From: an uncultured Ruminococcus sp.
Lineage (GTDB): Bacteria > Bacillota > Clostridia > Oscillospirales > Acutalibacteraceae
Direction: 5' to 3'
DNA: 64,000 bases
Assembly (NCBI GenBank): GCA_902762375.1
Contig: CACWNY010000027.1
Coordinates: 11,400-75,399, forward strand
The first letter of the stretch is position 1. The number at the start of each line of letters is the position of its first letter. The notes under the pieces are model-generated. The model was given only the letters and a program-made list of their open reading frames with translations. It was not told where the DNA came from and searched no databases. The translations under genes and the position numbers were made by a program. Shown one piece after another: positions 37,448 through 46,607 of this stretch.

Positions 37448-38209
37448 TCAGTTCAGAAAACTGATTATCAGACTGATAGCTGTATCTGCCTTTTTGGGGT
37501 CAGAAAAACGATGGTCAGCATTTTGTACTGTTTCAAGGGGAATACCGTTGTTTTCGGCAAATGTCTTTACCACTTCATAAGAAACGACTTCATCTTTGTT
37601 TCCCTGTACAATCAGCATATTATCGCTATAAGAATGATAATTGTTTTGTGTGATATCCGATTTTTTCAAATCATCAATAAAATCTTTTGTGACTTTAACT
37701 TTTCTGTCAAACCCAAGCAGGACAGGTTTACCTTTCTGAATAGTTTTCAGATTTTCAGTGACCATGAGTGCATTGGTTGTTGTTTCATACATATTCACCG
37801 CAGGACAACGCAATGCTATTTTAGTAAACGGATTATCATTTTCGGCAATATATTTCAGCAAAAGATATCCGCCGAAACTTGTTCCGCAACCGTAAAGCTG
37901 TTGTGCCTTGAAATTTTCTCTGGCATAGTGGACAACAATATCCAGATAGACAAGACAATCTTTAAGTAATAATTTATTTCTTGCATCATCACCGTGACAC
38001 GGCAAGTCAAAAATCAGCAATGCTCTTTCACGGTGCTTTTTCTGTGACCTTTCAGCAATCTTTTCGGCAAATTTGTTATCCTTGAACCCACTGAAACCGT
38101 GACAGAAAATAATAATCTCCTGAATTGTTCTGGGATTGTCGCAGTAAAGTTTACACCGTATACTGAACCCTTTCTGATTGATATTGAAATATTTTATCAT
38201 ATTTACCAC
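37448..38209 (-). CDS. alpha/beta-fold hydrolase
   Basis: HGFSG oxyanion region, nucleophile elbow GTSFGG, and C-terminal NADHRF (His). Confidence 0.7.
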   Translation of the reverse strand: MVNMIKYFNINQKGFSIRCKLYCDNPRTIQEIIIFCHGFSGFKDNKFAEKIAERSQKKHRERALLIFDLPCHGDDARNKLLLKDCLVYLDIVVHYARENFKAQQLYGCGTSFGGYLLLKYIAENDNPFTKIALRCPAVNMYETTTNALMVTENLKTIQKGKPVLLGFDRKVKVTKDFIDDLKKSDITQNNYHSYSDNMLIVQGNKDEVVSYEVVKTFAENNGIPLETVQNADHRFSDPKKADTAISLIISFLN

Positions 38210-38243
38210 ACCTTAGCTGTTGTTTTGTTCAGTGTAACATAAT

Positions 38244-38282
38244 TGCCGTTTCGTTGCAAGTACTTTGCAACGAAACGGCAAA
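38244..38282. terminator. 17-bp perfect hairpin between the GT1 gene and the hydrolase gene
   Basis: TTGCCGTTTCGTTGCAA-GTAC-TTTGCAACGAAACGGCAA. The T-run sits on the 5' side for the minus-strand genes, so terminator function is uncertain. Confidence 0.4.
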
Positions 38283-38291
38283 AATAATGGT

Positions 38292-39680
38292 TCATTGAAG
38301 ATTTCTGATTAACTTCTGATAATTTTTCTTAGATACGGCTTTGCTGATGGGAGTAGACAAGATACCCGCCGTCACACCGATAATCCACACAAACCGCCAC
38401 GAAACCAGTAAACCAAAAAGCACAATAAGAACAACAACTATCAGCCAGTACAGAATACGGAACAAACCGTCCATTTTATGTAATTCTTTGAGGATATCTT
38501 TGGAATGAGAGGTATGGGGAGCGTTTTCGATAAATTCTGCAATACCTGTTGTTCCGCAACAACTACGGAAATCCTCACTGTATAATTCAGCGGATTGGCT
38601 GTAGGAAGTGTGGTTGAGAATTTCCTGTACGGCATTTCGGATAGCGTCTGCCGAATTTTCTTCAAGCATTACTCCTGCACCGACTTCTTTGGTCTTTCGG
38701 GCAACGGCATACTGTTCGCCCGTCTGAGGGTACAGAACCATAGGTGTTGCCATATACAGACTTTCCGATACACTATTCATTCCACAATGAGTAATGAATA
38801 CGCTCGTTTTGGCAAGAATTTCCAACTGATTGACATAGGGATAGGCTTTGACATTTTCGGGAAGTTTGCCTAACAGGTTGATATCCATGCTTTTTCCCAC
38901 AGAAATGATAATTTCAACGGGTAAGTCTTTCAACGCTTCAATACAGTTGGTGTAAAAATCGGGGCGTTCATTGATAACCGTTCCCATAGAAATATAGACA
39001 AGCGGTTTCTCTGTGTTTTTATGAGGAATTTCCTTGCTGAATACGGAAGGTCCTGCAAATAAATAATGGTCGGAATAACTTTCCACACAAGGCTGGAATT
39101 TTCGGGAAGTGTAGACAACGGTATCGGTATCGTTATCATTCTGTACCAGTGACAATGTGCTTTTGACATGATAGCCATAAGGTTTCAAGGTTTTGAGTTC
39201 TCTGGAAATTTTAGGAAGTCCTAAAATCATATCTGCCAGTTCTGACGGTGTATGTTTCATATACTTTGAGGACATTTCATTAAAAGCAAATGTACTTGTC
39301 GATACCACCATAGGAACATGATGTTTCCATGCGTTCAGTTTCCCCCAGAAACAAGCACTGTCCGTATAAACAACATCAGGAGCAAAGTCTTTGAACTCTT
39401 TTTCCAGAAAGTCATTCAGTTTTAAGGTAATGCGGATATCCTGTATACTCATTTCTGTCAAGGAAACATTTTTTAATGCTTTTTCTTCTTCTTTGGTCAG
39501 TTTGGGAAGATAGTCCTCACAAGAGATGAACTCTGCCCCTGTTGAACGGATTTTTTCGGCAAATTCGTTGAAAGAATAAAAACGAACCTGATTTCCACGA
39601 TTAACCAATTCACTGGCAACAGGCAACATCGGATTTGTGTGACCGTGTGCGGGAATACAGAACATTGCTATTTTTTTCAT
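38292..39680 (-). CDS. GT1 (MGT/UDP-glycosyltransferase family) glycosyltransferase with C-terminal double-TM anchor
   Basis: MFCIPAHGHTNPMLPVASEL, ITHCGMNSVSESL. The last ~60 aa are hydrophobic (LYWLIVVVLIVLFGLLVSWRFVWIIGVTAGIL). Confidence 0.75.
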   Translation of the reverse strand: MKKIAMFCIPAHGHTNPMLPVASELVNRGNQVRFYSFNEFAEKIRSTGAEFISCEDYLPKLTKEEEKALKNVSLTEMSIQDIRITLKLNDFLEKEFKDFAPDVVYTDSACFWGKLNAWKHHVPMVVSTSTFAFNEMSSKYMKHTPSELADMILGLPKISRELKTLKPYGYHVKSTLSLVQNDNDTDTVVYTSRKFQPCVESYSDHYLFAGPSVFSKEIPHKNTEKPLVYISMGTVINERPDFYTNCIEALKDLPVEIIISVGKSMDINLLGKLPENVKAYPYVNQLEILAKTSVFITHCGMNSVSESLYMATPMVLYPQTGEQYAVARKTKEVGAGVMLEENSADAIRNAVQEILNHTSYSQSAELYSEDFRSCCGTTGIAEFIENAPHTSHSKDILKELHKMDGLFRILYWLIVVVLIVLFGLLVSWRFVWIIGVTAGILSTPISKAVSKKNYQKLIRNLQ

Positions 39681-39898
39681 TTCTCTCCACCACCTTTCTG
39701 ATTATTGAATGCCACTCCGAAAAGTCCGTCAAAGGCTTCTTTCGGCAAAATAGCGATACCTCTTTCTTCATCGCCTAAAAGCAACAGTGTATCCCCTGAT
39801 TTAATGTTGAACACATCTCTTGCCTGTTTCGGTATGACAATCTGTCCTTTTTCTCCTACTGTAGCTGTCCAGGCGTATTTTCCTTTCGGTGCTGTCAT
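39677..39898 (-). CDS. AbrB/MazE/SpoVT-family DNA-binding protein
   Basis: ATVGEKGQIVIPKQARDVFNIKSGDTLLLLGD is a swapped-hairpin barrel motif. Start ATG 39898 follows AGGAG. Its stop overlaps the GT1 start (ATGA). Confidence 0.7.
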   Translation of the reverse strand: MTAPKGKYAWTATVGEKGQIVIPKQARDVFNIKSGDTLLLLGDEERGIAILPKEAFDGLFGVAFNNQKGGGEK

Positions 39899-39932
39899 CT
39901 TACTCACTCCTAAAGTATGATTTGTTATACAA

Positions 39933-39961
39933 ATTATACTTATCATTCGCTATGTTGTCAA
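39933..39961 (-). promoter_or_regulatory. promoter for the abrB-like/GT1 operon
   Basis: Minus strand TTGACA, 17 nt, TATAAT. A small palindrome TTTGT-TAT-ACAAA lies just downstream. Confidence 0.5.
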
Positions 39962-40381
39962 GTCTTTTCAAAATATTTGTTGTTTTAGATTATTTATTTT
40001 CTTGAATAAAATAAATTTTATTCTTATTTGCTATACATCTTCTGCCTGATAATTTCACAGTAAATATTCACATATTCTTTACAAAATCCATATGATTTAT
40101 TCTTTTCTGTGACAACTTCAAACAAACAAAGAATGGGTAAGTTAGAATTTTTGTAATTTCGAACAAATGTTCAGAAATTGCTTGATTTTTCCATCAGAAT
40201 TTGCTACAATATCAGCGAAAGGACAAACAATAGTTTTATTGAAAATGTATATTATTGTTTTTCTTTTCAAACGATGATAATTTTTTCTTGAGATAGCCAG
40301 ATGATAATGGTCAGTATTATTTTGTTATCCGCTTTCAGTGAAAAATTATCTAATATTATTGTGAACAGGAGGTTTACACAC

Positions 40382-40615
40382 TTGCAATATGATGTATGGG
40401 CAACAGAATATGAAACACAGACAACTGTCCTGAAGAACCGTATCACCAATCTCAAACAACAGAAAAAACATTGCCGTCTGATGAAACAGTCCGAAGAACT
40501 TTCCAGCAGAATCGACTCTCTTTATACGATGTATCTGGAAAGCAAACATACGGGAGAATTACTCAGACAGCGTGCTATAAAGGAACATTATCATGAAAGT
40601 ATTTCCCAGCGATAA
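40382..40615 (+). CDS. hypothetical coiled-coil protein
   Basis: Part of ORF 40301..40615. TTG at 40382 lies 8 nt after CAGGAGG. Overlaps the next gene. No family recognised. Confidence 0.35.
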   Translation: MQYDVWATEYETQTTVLKNRITNLKQQKKHCRLMKQSEELSSRIDSLYTMYLESKHTGELLRQRAIKEHYHESISQR

Positions 40616-40898
40616 TGTCAGACTGGAAAGTCTGTCGCAGGCAATGGCATACAGAAATTACTGTCTTTCGCATAACGACAACAAGGCTGAAATCGAAAGA
40701 ATGAAACGACATCTCTACAAAGCCCTTGAAATTGAACTTACCGAAAAACAACGCTACTGTATCACACAGTACTATCTTAAAGGACGCAAAATGAAAGATA
40801 TTGCTGAAGATTTACAGGTCAATCCTAGTGTTGTCAGCCGTCATATTTCCAGAGGTATCAATAAAATCAAAAAGACATTGCCTTATTCCAATAAATAA
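40593..40898 (+). CDS. small sigma-70 region-4-like HTH protein
   Basis: ELTEKQRYCITQYYLKGRKMKDIAEDLQVNPSVVSRHISRGINKIKK resembles sigma region 4 / LuxR-type HTH. Confidence 0.55.
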   Translation: MKVFPSDNVRLESLSQAMAYRNYCLSHNDNKAEIERMKRHLYKALEIELTEKQRYCITQYYLKGRKMKDIAEDLQVNPSVVSRHISRGINKIKKTLPYSNK

Positions 40899-40915
40899 AG
40901 AGTGTATTAGGTGAC

Positions 40916-40951
40916 AAAATGCCGTCTGTTATAACAGACGGCATTTTTTTG
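40916..40951 (+). terminator. intrinsic terminator after the sigma-r4-like gene
   Basis: AAAATGCCGTCTG-loop-CAGACGGCATTTT followed by a T-run. Confidence 0.8.
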
Positions 40952-40952
40952 T

Positions 40953-41227
40953 GTTAAGGGCGTTGCCTCTGTTAAGGGCGTTGCCCTTAACAATCCCATG
41001 AGGGGCTTTGCCCCTCAACCCCACGAACTTTTTAAAAAAAGTTCGACAAAAACTTTCAAGGCTCACTTCGTTCGGAAATCTTTATTTAAAGTGTTGGCGG
41101 TGAAACTTAAAAGTTTTTTGTCCACTTTTTTTCAAAAAAGTGGGCAGGGTTAAGGGGCGGCAGCCCCTTAGCAGGATTTTTAAAGGCGGCAGCCCTTAAA
41201 TCAGGAGTTCGGGGAGGAACTCCCCGA
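40953..41227. repeat. MPE locus 18, dimer (D-D-C-B-A | A-B-C-D-G)
   Basis: Left arm has a duplicated D and B(CGAAC). Linker GGCTCACTTCGTTCGGAAATC. Right arm has B(CCAC), C, D, and the G hairpin TTCGGGGAGGAACTCCCCGAA, which abuts the rplL terminator. Confidence 0.9.
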
Positions 41228-41262
41228 AAAAAAAGAAGTCGGTAAATTGCTTTACCGACACT
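41227..41262 (-). terminator. intrinsic terminator after rplL
   Basis: Minus strand GTCGGTAAA-GCAA-TTTACCGAC followed by TTCTTTTTTTT. Confidence 0.8.
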
Positions 41263-41281
41263 TTTCTTTATGGAAACGAAA

Positions 41282-41650
41282 TTATTTGATTTCAACTTCT
41301 GCTCCAGCTTCTTCAAGTTCTTTCTTGAGAGCTTCAGCATCGTCTTTGGAGATAGCTTCTTTGATAGCTTTGGGAGCACTTTCAACGAGTTCTTTGGATT
41401 CTTTAAGTCCAAGACCTGTAATCTTTCTGACAGCTTTGATAACGCCCATTTTACTTGAACCGAAAGATTTAAGAATAACATCAAATTCTGTTTTCTCTTC
41501 AACGGGAGCAGCTTCAACGGGAGCAGCAGCAACCGCAGCAGCAGCGGATACACCAAATTCGTCTTCAACAGCGTGAACAAGTTCAGCCAGTTCAAGAACG
41601 GTGAGTGTTTTCAATGTTTCAATAATACCTGTAATTTTTTCAGATGCCAT
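41282..41650 (-). CDS. rplL: 50S ribosomal protein L7/L12
   Basis: [25 protein letters not shown]...LKESKELVE.... ATG 41650 follows GGAGG. Confidence 0.95.
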   Translation of the reverse strand: MASEKITGIIETLKTLTVLELAELVHAVEDEFGVSAAAAVAAAPVEAAPVEEKTEFDVILKSFGSSKMGVIKAVRKITGLGLKESKELVESAPKAIKEAISKDDAEALKKELEEAGAEVEIK

Positions 41651-41692
41651 GATAAAAACCTCCATATTAATAAATTAGTTTTGTGTTAATGA

Positions 41693-42214
41693 TTATTCGG
41701 CAGTTTCTTCAGTAGTGCCTTCGGTCTGTTTGTCCACGATAGCCTGTACGGCACGAGCAAACGCAGAAATAGGTGCCTGGAATGCACCAAGTACATTTGC
41801 CAGCAATACTTCACGGGACGGCAGTTTTGCCAGACTTTGAATTTTCTCCAGACTGATAACATCGTTATCCATATAGCCTGATTTTACTTCAAACTTGTCA
41901 TTCTTGTCGGCAAACTTGCAAAGAATACGAGCAGCAGCAACATAGTCTTCATCACAGGTTGCCAGTGCAGTAGTTCCTTCCAGAACGCCTTTCATATCCC
42001 CAAGACCTGCATTGTCAGCAGCACGGGACAAAAGCGTATTTTTAACAACGGTATATTTTACACCGTTCTCTCTTAACTCCTTACGAAGTTTTGTGTCATC
42101 CTCAACGGTGATACCCTCATATTTTACGACTACACCTGCGATAGAGTTCTGTAATCTTTCTGTGAGAGTAGCAACAATTGCTTTCTTTTGTTCAAGAACT
42201 TTTTGACTTGCCAA
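41693..42214 (-). CDS. rplJ: 50S ribosomal protein L10
   Basis: ASQKVLEQKKAIVATLTERLQNSIAGVVVKYEGITVEDDTKLRKELRE.... TTG start at 42214 lies 7 nt after GGAGGTG. The upstream part of the track ORF is leader sequence. Confidence 0.9.
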   Translation of the reverse strand: MASQKVLEQKKAIVATLTERLQNSIAGVVVKYEGITVEDDTKLRKELRENGVKYTVVKNTLLSRAADNAGLGDMKGVLEGTTALATCDEDYVAAARILCKFADKNDKFEVKSGYMDNDVISLEKIQSLAKLPSREVLLANVLGAFQAPISAFARAVQAIVDKQTEGTTEETAE

Positions 42215-42420
42215 AGTAATTTCACCTCCATAAAAAGTAACTGAATATCTCAAAGTGAAGTACTCACCGCCTATAGAGACGGGAGCTTCCTTTAATCCGC
42301 CCAACCTTGCAAAGGATTTCATTTTACGGGAATCAGTTTCCGAGGCTATGGGTTTTTTATGAGGCAAACCCTTCCCGTACTCCTTACGGTACTGCTGTCT
42401 TACGAACAACTTTTGAAAAC
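42215..42420 (-). promoter_or_regulatory. candidate ribosomal protein L10 leader
   Basis: About 200 nt of structured untranslated leader between a good promoter and the TTG start of rplJ. Position is consistent with the L10(L12)4 autoregulatory leader of Firmicutes. I did not verify the motif. Confidence 0.35.
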
Positions 42421-42424
42421 CTAT

Positions 42425-42453
42425 ATTTTAGCAACATATATTTATGTTGTCAA
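42425..42453 (-). promoter_or_regulatory. promoter for rplJ-rplL
   Basis: Minus strand TTGACA, 17 nt, TAAAAT. Confidence 0.45.
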
Positions 42454-42530
42454 GGAAAAAGTCAACCTTACGGCTGACGGGCAATTCATCTCCGACCTCT
42501 ATAGGTCGGAATTTCTTTGCCGTTTCAAGA

Positions 42531-42563
42531 TAAAAGTGCCTTTTCCTGACAAGAAAAGGCACA
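42531..42563 (-). terminator. terminator/attenuator hairpin between rplA and the rplJ promoter
   Basis: Minus strand GTGCCTTTTC-loop-GAAAAGGCAC followed by TTTTATCTT. Confidence 0.6.
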
Positions 42564-42709
42564 CAACATACACACTTCGTCAAAATAACTTCTGACAAAT
42601 TTCTGCGACCCATTCTCGGCAGGTAGGAAAATTCCTTTTATCATAACACACCTGCTGTCTTTGAACAGCTTTATATACCGTTACATTAAAGTAAGGATTT
42701 GTAAAATGA

Positions 42710-43405
42710 TTAACCACCAATTCTGTTGGAATTAATGCGGACACCAGGTCCCATTGTACAGGAAACCGTACAGGAACGGATATACTGACCTTTAGTGGCA
42801 GCGGGTTTAGCTTTAAGAATTGCTTCAAGCAATGTATTGAAGTTTTCAGCAAGTTTTTCTTTACCGAATGACGCTTTACCTATCGGACAGTGAATGATGT
42901 TTGTTTTGTCAAGACGGTACTCAATCTTACCTGCTTTTGCCTCTTTGATAGCTTTGGCAATATCAGGGGTTACTGTACCTGCTTTCGGGTTGGGCATCAA
43001 GCCACGAGGTCCCAAAATTCTACCAAGACGACCTACCAGACCCATCATGTCAGGGGTTGTGATAAGTACATCAAAATCCATCCAGCCTTCCTGCTGAATT
43101 TTCCGTGTCATATCTTCTGCTCCGACATAATCTGCACCAGCTTCTTTTGCAAGGTCTACATTGCCACCTTTACATACAGCCAGTACTCTTACGCTTTTAC
43201 CTGTACCGTTGGGTAATACGATAGCTCCTCTTACCTGTTGGTCTGCGTGACGGCTGTCTACACCCAGTTTGACATGAACTTCTACTGTTTCATCAAATTT
43301 AGCGGTAGCGGTCTTGACAACCAAATCCAACGCTTCATCTGACTCATATAATTTTGTTCTGTCGATAAGTTTTGCACTTTCGACATATTTTTTACCGTGT
43401 TTCAA
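42710..43405 (-). CDS. rplA: 50S ribosomal protein L1
   Basis: [19 protein letters not shown]...[25 protein letters not shown] start at 43405 follows GGGAGGA. Confidence 0.9.
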   Translation of the reverse strand: MKHGKKYVESAKLIDRTKLYESDEALDLVVKTATAKFDETVEVHVKLGVDSRHADQQVRGAIVLPNGTGKSVRVLAVCKGGNVDLAKEAGADYVGAEDMTRKIQQEGWMDFDVLITTPDMMGLVGRLGRILGPRGLMPNPKAGTVTPDIAKAIKEAKAGKIEYRLDKTNIIHCPIGKASFGKEKLAENFNTLLEAILKAKPAATKGQYIRSCTVSCTMGPGVRINSNRIGG

Positions 43406-43483
43406 TTTCGTTCCTCCCTGTGGTAAAATCGGATTGTTTCCTCCCACTATTTCTACTCACGCACCCAATACGGGCAACCAACA

Positions 43484-43909
43484 TCAGTCTACTACTTCTA
43501 CACCCATACTGCGGGCTGTTCCAGCTATCATGCTCATCGCACTTTCCAGCGAAGCCGCATTCAGGTCAGGCATTTTCTGTGTAGCGATTTGTTCAATCTG
43601 CGTGCGGGTAATCTTTGCAACTTTTGTTTTGTTCGGCACACCTGAACCACTCTGAATGTTACAAGCCTTTTTAATTAATACGGCAGCAGGCGGTGTCTTT
43701 GTCACAAACGAGAAAGAACGGTCTGCGTATACTGTGATGACGACAGGAATAATCATTCCTATATCACCTTTAGTGCGTTCGTTAAATTCTTTGGTGAACG
43801 CCATAATGTTTACACCATGCTGACCGAGTGCCGGTCCTACAGGCGGTGCCGGAGTAGCTTTACCGGCAGGGATTTGCAGTTTAATAAAACCTACAACCTT
43901 TTGAGCCAT
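43484..43909 (-). CDS. rplK: 50S ribosomal protein L11
   Basis: [40 protein letters not shown]. Confidence 0.95.
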   Translation of the reverse strand: MAQKVVGFIKLQIPAGKATPAPPVGPALGQHGVNIMAFTKEFNERTKGDIGMIIPVVITVYADRSFSFVTKTPPAAVLIKKACNIQSGSGVPNKTKVAKITRTQIEQIATQKMPDLNAASLESAMSMIAGTARSMGVEVVD

Positions 43910-44049
43910 TATTTTTGCACCTCCATTTGTGGTAATCGTCGGAATGTTTTGCTTTATGGATTTACATTCCTCCCACAGGGGATAATTTCCTTTTTGAATC
44001 TCCCCTTATCTAATAACTGTATTTTCTTACAGATTATCAGCATGAATTT

Positions 44050-44577
44050 TTAGTCTGACAATAACTGAACCTGACTGAGTTCCAATTCTGCCACAGTTTC
44101 TCTTCCAAACATCGAAACCGTTACTTTGACAATATTCTTGTCAATCGCAATTTCCTGTACAGTCCCTACAAAGTCCTCTAAAGGTCCGCTGACAATGCGT
44201 ACATTATCTCCGACACTGTACAATACTTCAACACTTTTTACCTCTACGCCCATCTTGATAACTTCTTCTTCGGTAAGAGGAACAGGCGTTGTTGATGAAC
44301 CGACAAATCCCGTACAACCTCGTATATTACGCACGACATACCATGTTTCATCGGTATATACCATCTTGATAAAGACATATCCGGGAAAAAGTTTCCGTTC
44401 AACCTCTTTTACCTTTCCTTTTTCTCCGATTTCGGTTACCTTTTCGGTAGGGATTTTGACATCTTGAATAACATCCTGAAGATTTCTGTTTTCGACAGTT
44501 TTCTCCAATGTGGAGGCGACTTTGTTCTCATACCCTGAATAGGTGTGTACAACATACCATTTTGCCTCATCTGCCAC
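44050..44577 (-). CDS. nusG: transcription termination/antitermination factor NusG
   Basis: KWYVVHTYSGYENKV...FPGYVFIKM...KOW region GDNVRIVSGPLEDFVGTV. Confidence 0.95.
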   Translation of the reverse strand: MADEAKWYVVHTYSGYENKVASTLEKTVENRNLQDVIQDVKIPTEKVTEIGEKGKVKEVERKLFPGYVFIKMVYTDETWYVVRNIRGCTGFVGSSTTPVPLTEEEVIKMGVEVKSVEVLYSVGDNVRIVSGPLEDFVGTVQEIAIDKNIVKVTVSMFGRETVAELELSQVQLLSD

Positions 44578-44599
44578 TACACATCTTCCTCTCTGCTAT

Positions 44600-44905
44600 T
44601 TAGCCTGCCGATGTTTCCATTACGAGATTAAGCAAAGCAAAAAGTCCCCTGTCAAGACCGAAAATCAGCAATCCCATCACAATAATTATCACCAATACGA
44701 TTCCACAGTTTTTAAATACGGATTTTGGTGTCGGCCATGTGATTTTCTTGATTTCCGCCTTACACTCACGAAAGTATTTTGCTATTCTGGAAAAAATGTT
44801 AGGCTTTTTATTTTTCTTACTGTCAGTCTTTTTGGTGTCTTTAGCTTTTTTGTCGATTTTGTCCGACTTCTTTTCAGCTTTTACACCGACTTCTTTTTCA
44901 GCCAT
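44600..44905 (-). CDS. secE: preprotein translocase subunit SecE
   Basis: Lys-rich N-terminus, then FRECKAEIKKITWPTPKSV plus a single TM helix. Conserved position between rpmG and nusG. Confidence 0.82.
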   Translation of the reverse strand: MAEKEVGVKAEKKSDKIDKKAKDTKKTDSKKNKKPNIFSRIAKYFRECKAEIKKITWPTPKSVFKNCGIVLVIIIVMGLLIFGLDRGLFALLNLVMETSAG

Positions 44906-44924
44906 AACTTTTCTACCTCCGTGA

Positions 44925-45074
44925 TTATTTAGTTTCCTTGTGAACAGTATGTTTGTTACAGAATCTGCAATGTTTCTTCATTTCAAGTCTTTCGGGGTCA
45001 TTTTTCTTGTTTTTCATCGTGTTGTAGTTACGCTGTTTACATTCTGTACAAGCTAATGTTATTTTTACTCTCAT
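44925..45074 (-). CDS. rpmG: 50S ribosomal protein L33
   Basis: Hand-translated: [56 protein letters not shown] lies 8 nt upstream. Below the ORF-track size cutoff. Confidence 0.9.
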   Translation of the reverse strand: MRVKITLACTECKQRNYNTMKNKKNDPERLEMKKHCRFCNKHTVHKETK

Positions 45075-45157
45075 TCTGACGGCACCTCCGATATTGCGGT
45101 AATTTTAGCCTCCCTCAAAACAGGCACAAAAAAATAAGCCTCTTCTGAGGTATAATT

Positions 45158-45186
45158 ACTATATCACATATCTTTTCTTTCGTCAA
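45158..45186 (-). promoter_or_regulatory. promoter for rpmG-secE-nusG
   Basis: Minus strand TTGACG, 17 nt, TATAGT. Confidence 0.45.
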
Positions 45187-45208
45187 GTCTTTTTGCAAAC
45201 TTTTTTCC

Positions 45209-45499
45209 GTTAAGGGCGTTGCCCTTAACAATCCCATGAGGGGCGTTGCCCCTGAACCCCACAAACTTTTTGAAAAAAGTTTGACAAAAACTTTCAAGGC
45301 TCACTGCGTTCGGATTTTCCGCTAAGGCTTAGCTGTGACACTTAAAAGTTTTTTGTCCACTTTTTTTCAAAAAAGTGGGCAGGGTTAAGGGGCGGCAGCC
45401 CCTTAGCAGGATTTTTAAGGGCGGCAGCCCTTAAACTTAAAGGGTTATTAAGGGGCGGCAGCCCCTTAGCAGGATTTTTAAGGGCGACAGCCCTTAAAC
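45209..45499. repeat. MPE locus 19, dimer with 63-bp tandem duplication of C-D
   Basis: Left arm is D-C-B(CAAAC). Linker GGCTCACTGCGTTCGGATTTTCC. Right arm is A-B(CCAC)-C-D-C-D. It abuts the stop codon of the HMGL-like gene. Confidence 0.9.
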
Positions 45500-46483
45500 T
45501 TAAAGAGTGTTGTCAAGGAGTTCATGGTAATATCTGGAGTAGTCGGTACGGTTGTCCTTGATGAACTTGATGGCGGCTGACGGGTGAGTGTTGAGAATAC
45601 CTGTCAGTAAATAGGGAATGTCATAGCCCCATACATTGCCTTCTTCTTTGAGCTTGACCATGTGTTTTTCGACAAAGTTCAGCAAGGGGAAAAGTTTGTA
45701 TTTGGGATTTCGCAGAAAACTTAACAAGGATTCTGTAAAACAGTTGCCTGCCCCACGCCCCATTCCGCTTATTGTAGAATCCAACATCTTGGCATTGTGC
45801 ATAAGAGCAGTTATGGTGTTGGCAAATGCAAGCTGTTGGTTGTTGTGAGCGTGCATACCGATTTTTTTATTGAATTTATCTCCGATTTCTACATACTGGT
45901 CAGTCAGACGGGCTATCTGTTCGGGATAGAAACAACCGAAACTATCAACAATATAAATGTAATCTGTACTGCTACGGGCAATTTCATTCAGACCGTTGAT
46001 AAGTTCTTCACTGCCTATTTTCGATACCGCCATAAGATTACAGGACACTTCATAACCTTTATTTTTAGCGTCCTCAATCATTTCGATTGCAGTCGGGATA
46101 GAGTTGATATAGGTAGCCACTCTAATCATGTCAACAGGACTGTCGCTTTTATCAAGAATATCCCTATGATAATTGGTTCTGCCAACATCAGCCATAACCG
46201 AAATCTTTAAATTGCTGTCATTGTCACCGACAATCGCACGGATATCGTCATCTTTACAGAATTTCCATTTTCCGTACTCACTCTCATCAAAAATATCTCT
46301 GTCTGCCTTATACCCGAACTCCATATAATCAATACCCGATAAAATACAGGTTCTGTATAAATCCCTGACAAACTCATCAGAAAAACGAAAATTGTTGACC
46401 AGTCCACCATCTCTTAATGTACAGTCAAGCACTTTCAAAGACGGACTGTAAGAAACTAAATTAGCATTGGTAATTTGTGCCAT
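45500..46483 (-). CDS. HMGL-like (pyruvate carboxyltransferase/aldolase TIM-barrel) family protein
   Basis: VLDCTLRDGGL and GMHAHNNQQLAFANT motifs. ATG 46483 follows GGAGG. Confidence 0.7.
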   Translation of the reverse strand: MAQITNANLVSYSPSLKVLDCTLRDGGLVNNFRFSDEFVRDLYRTCILSGIDYMEFGYKADRDIFDESEYGKWKFCKDDDIRAIVGDNDSNLKISVMADVGRTNYHRDILDKSDSPVDMIRVATYINSIPTAIEMIEDAKNKGYEVSCNLMAVSKIGSEELINGLNEIARSSTDYIYIVDSFGCFYPEQIARLTDQYVEIGDKFNKKIGMHAHNNQQLAFANTITALMHNAKMLDSTISGMGRGAGNCFTESLLSFLRNPKYKLFPLLNFVEKHMVKLKEEGNVWGYDIPYLLTGILNTHPSAAIKFIKDNRTDYSRYYHELLDNTL

Positions 46484-46607
46484 ATGAAAACCTCCATAAA
46501 AACGCTTATTTACTTTAGCACATAAAACTTTTACACTTTTATCTGCTAAATTATTCCTGATTTCATTGTTAATTATATACAGGCAAATAGATAATGTCAA
46601 GAAAAAT

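Noticed and set aside
41107-41595. The 162-aa minus-strand ORF and the 109-aa plus-strand ORF overlapping rplL and MPE locus 18.
   Set aside because: They are shadow frames of the Ala/Lys/Glu-rich rplL gene that extend into repeat sequence. The rplL frame is unambiguous.
42359-42852. Small ORFs 42359..42595, 42428..42613 and 42580..42852 between rplA and rplJ.
   Set aside because: The region contains a promoter, an attenuator hairpin and a leader, and the ORFs have no RBS. It is most likely untranslated regulatory RNA.
45209-45499. Whether the short GC-rich palindromes could be a CRISPR array.
   Set aside because: The hairpins are different modules of one composite element. There is no regular repeat-spacer periodicity, no unique spacers and no cas genes, and copies are dispersed across 26 loci.
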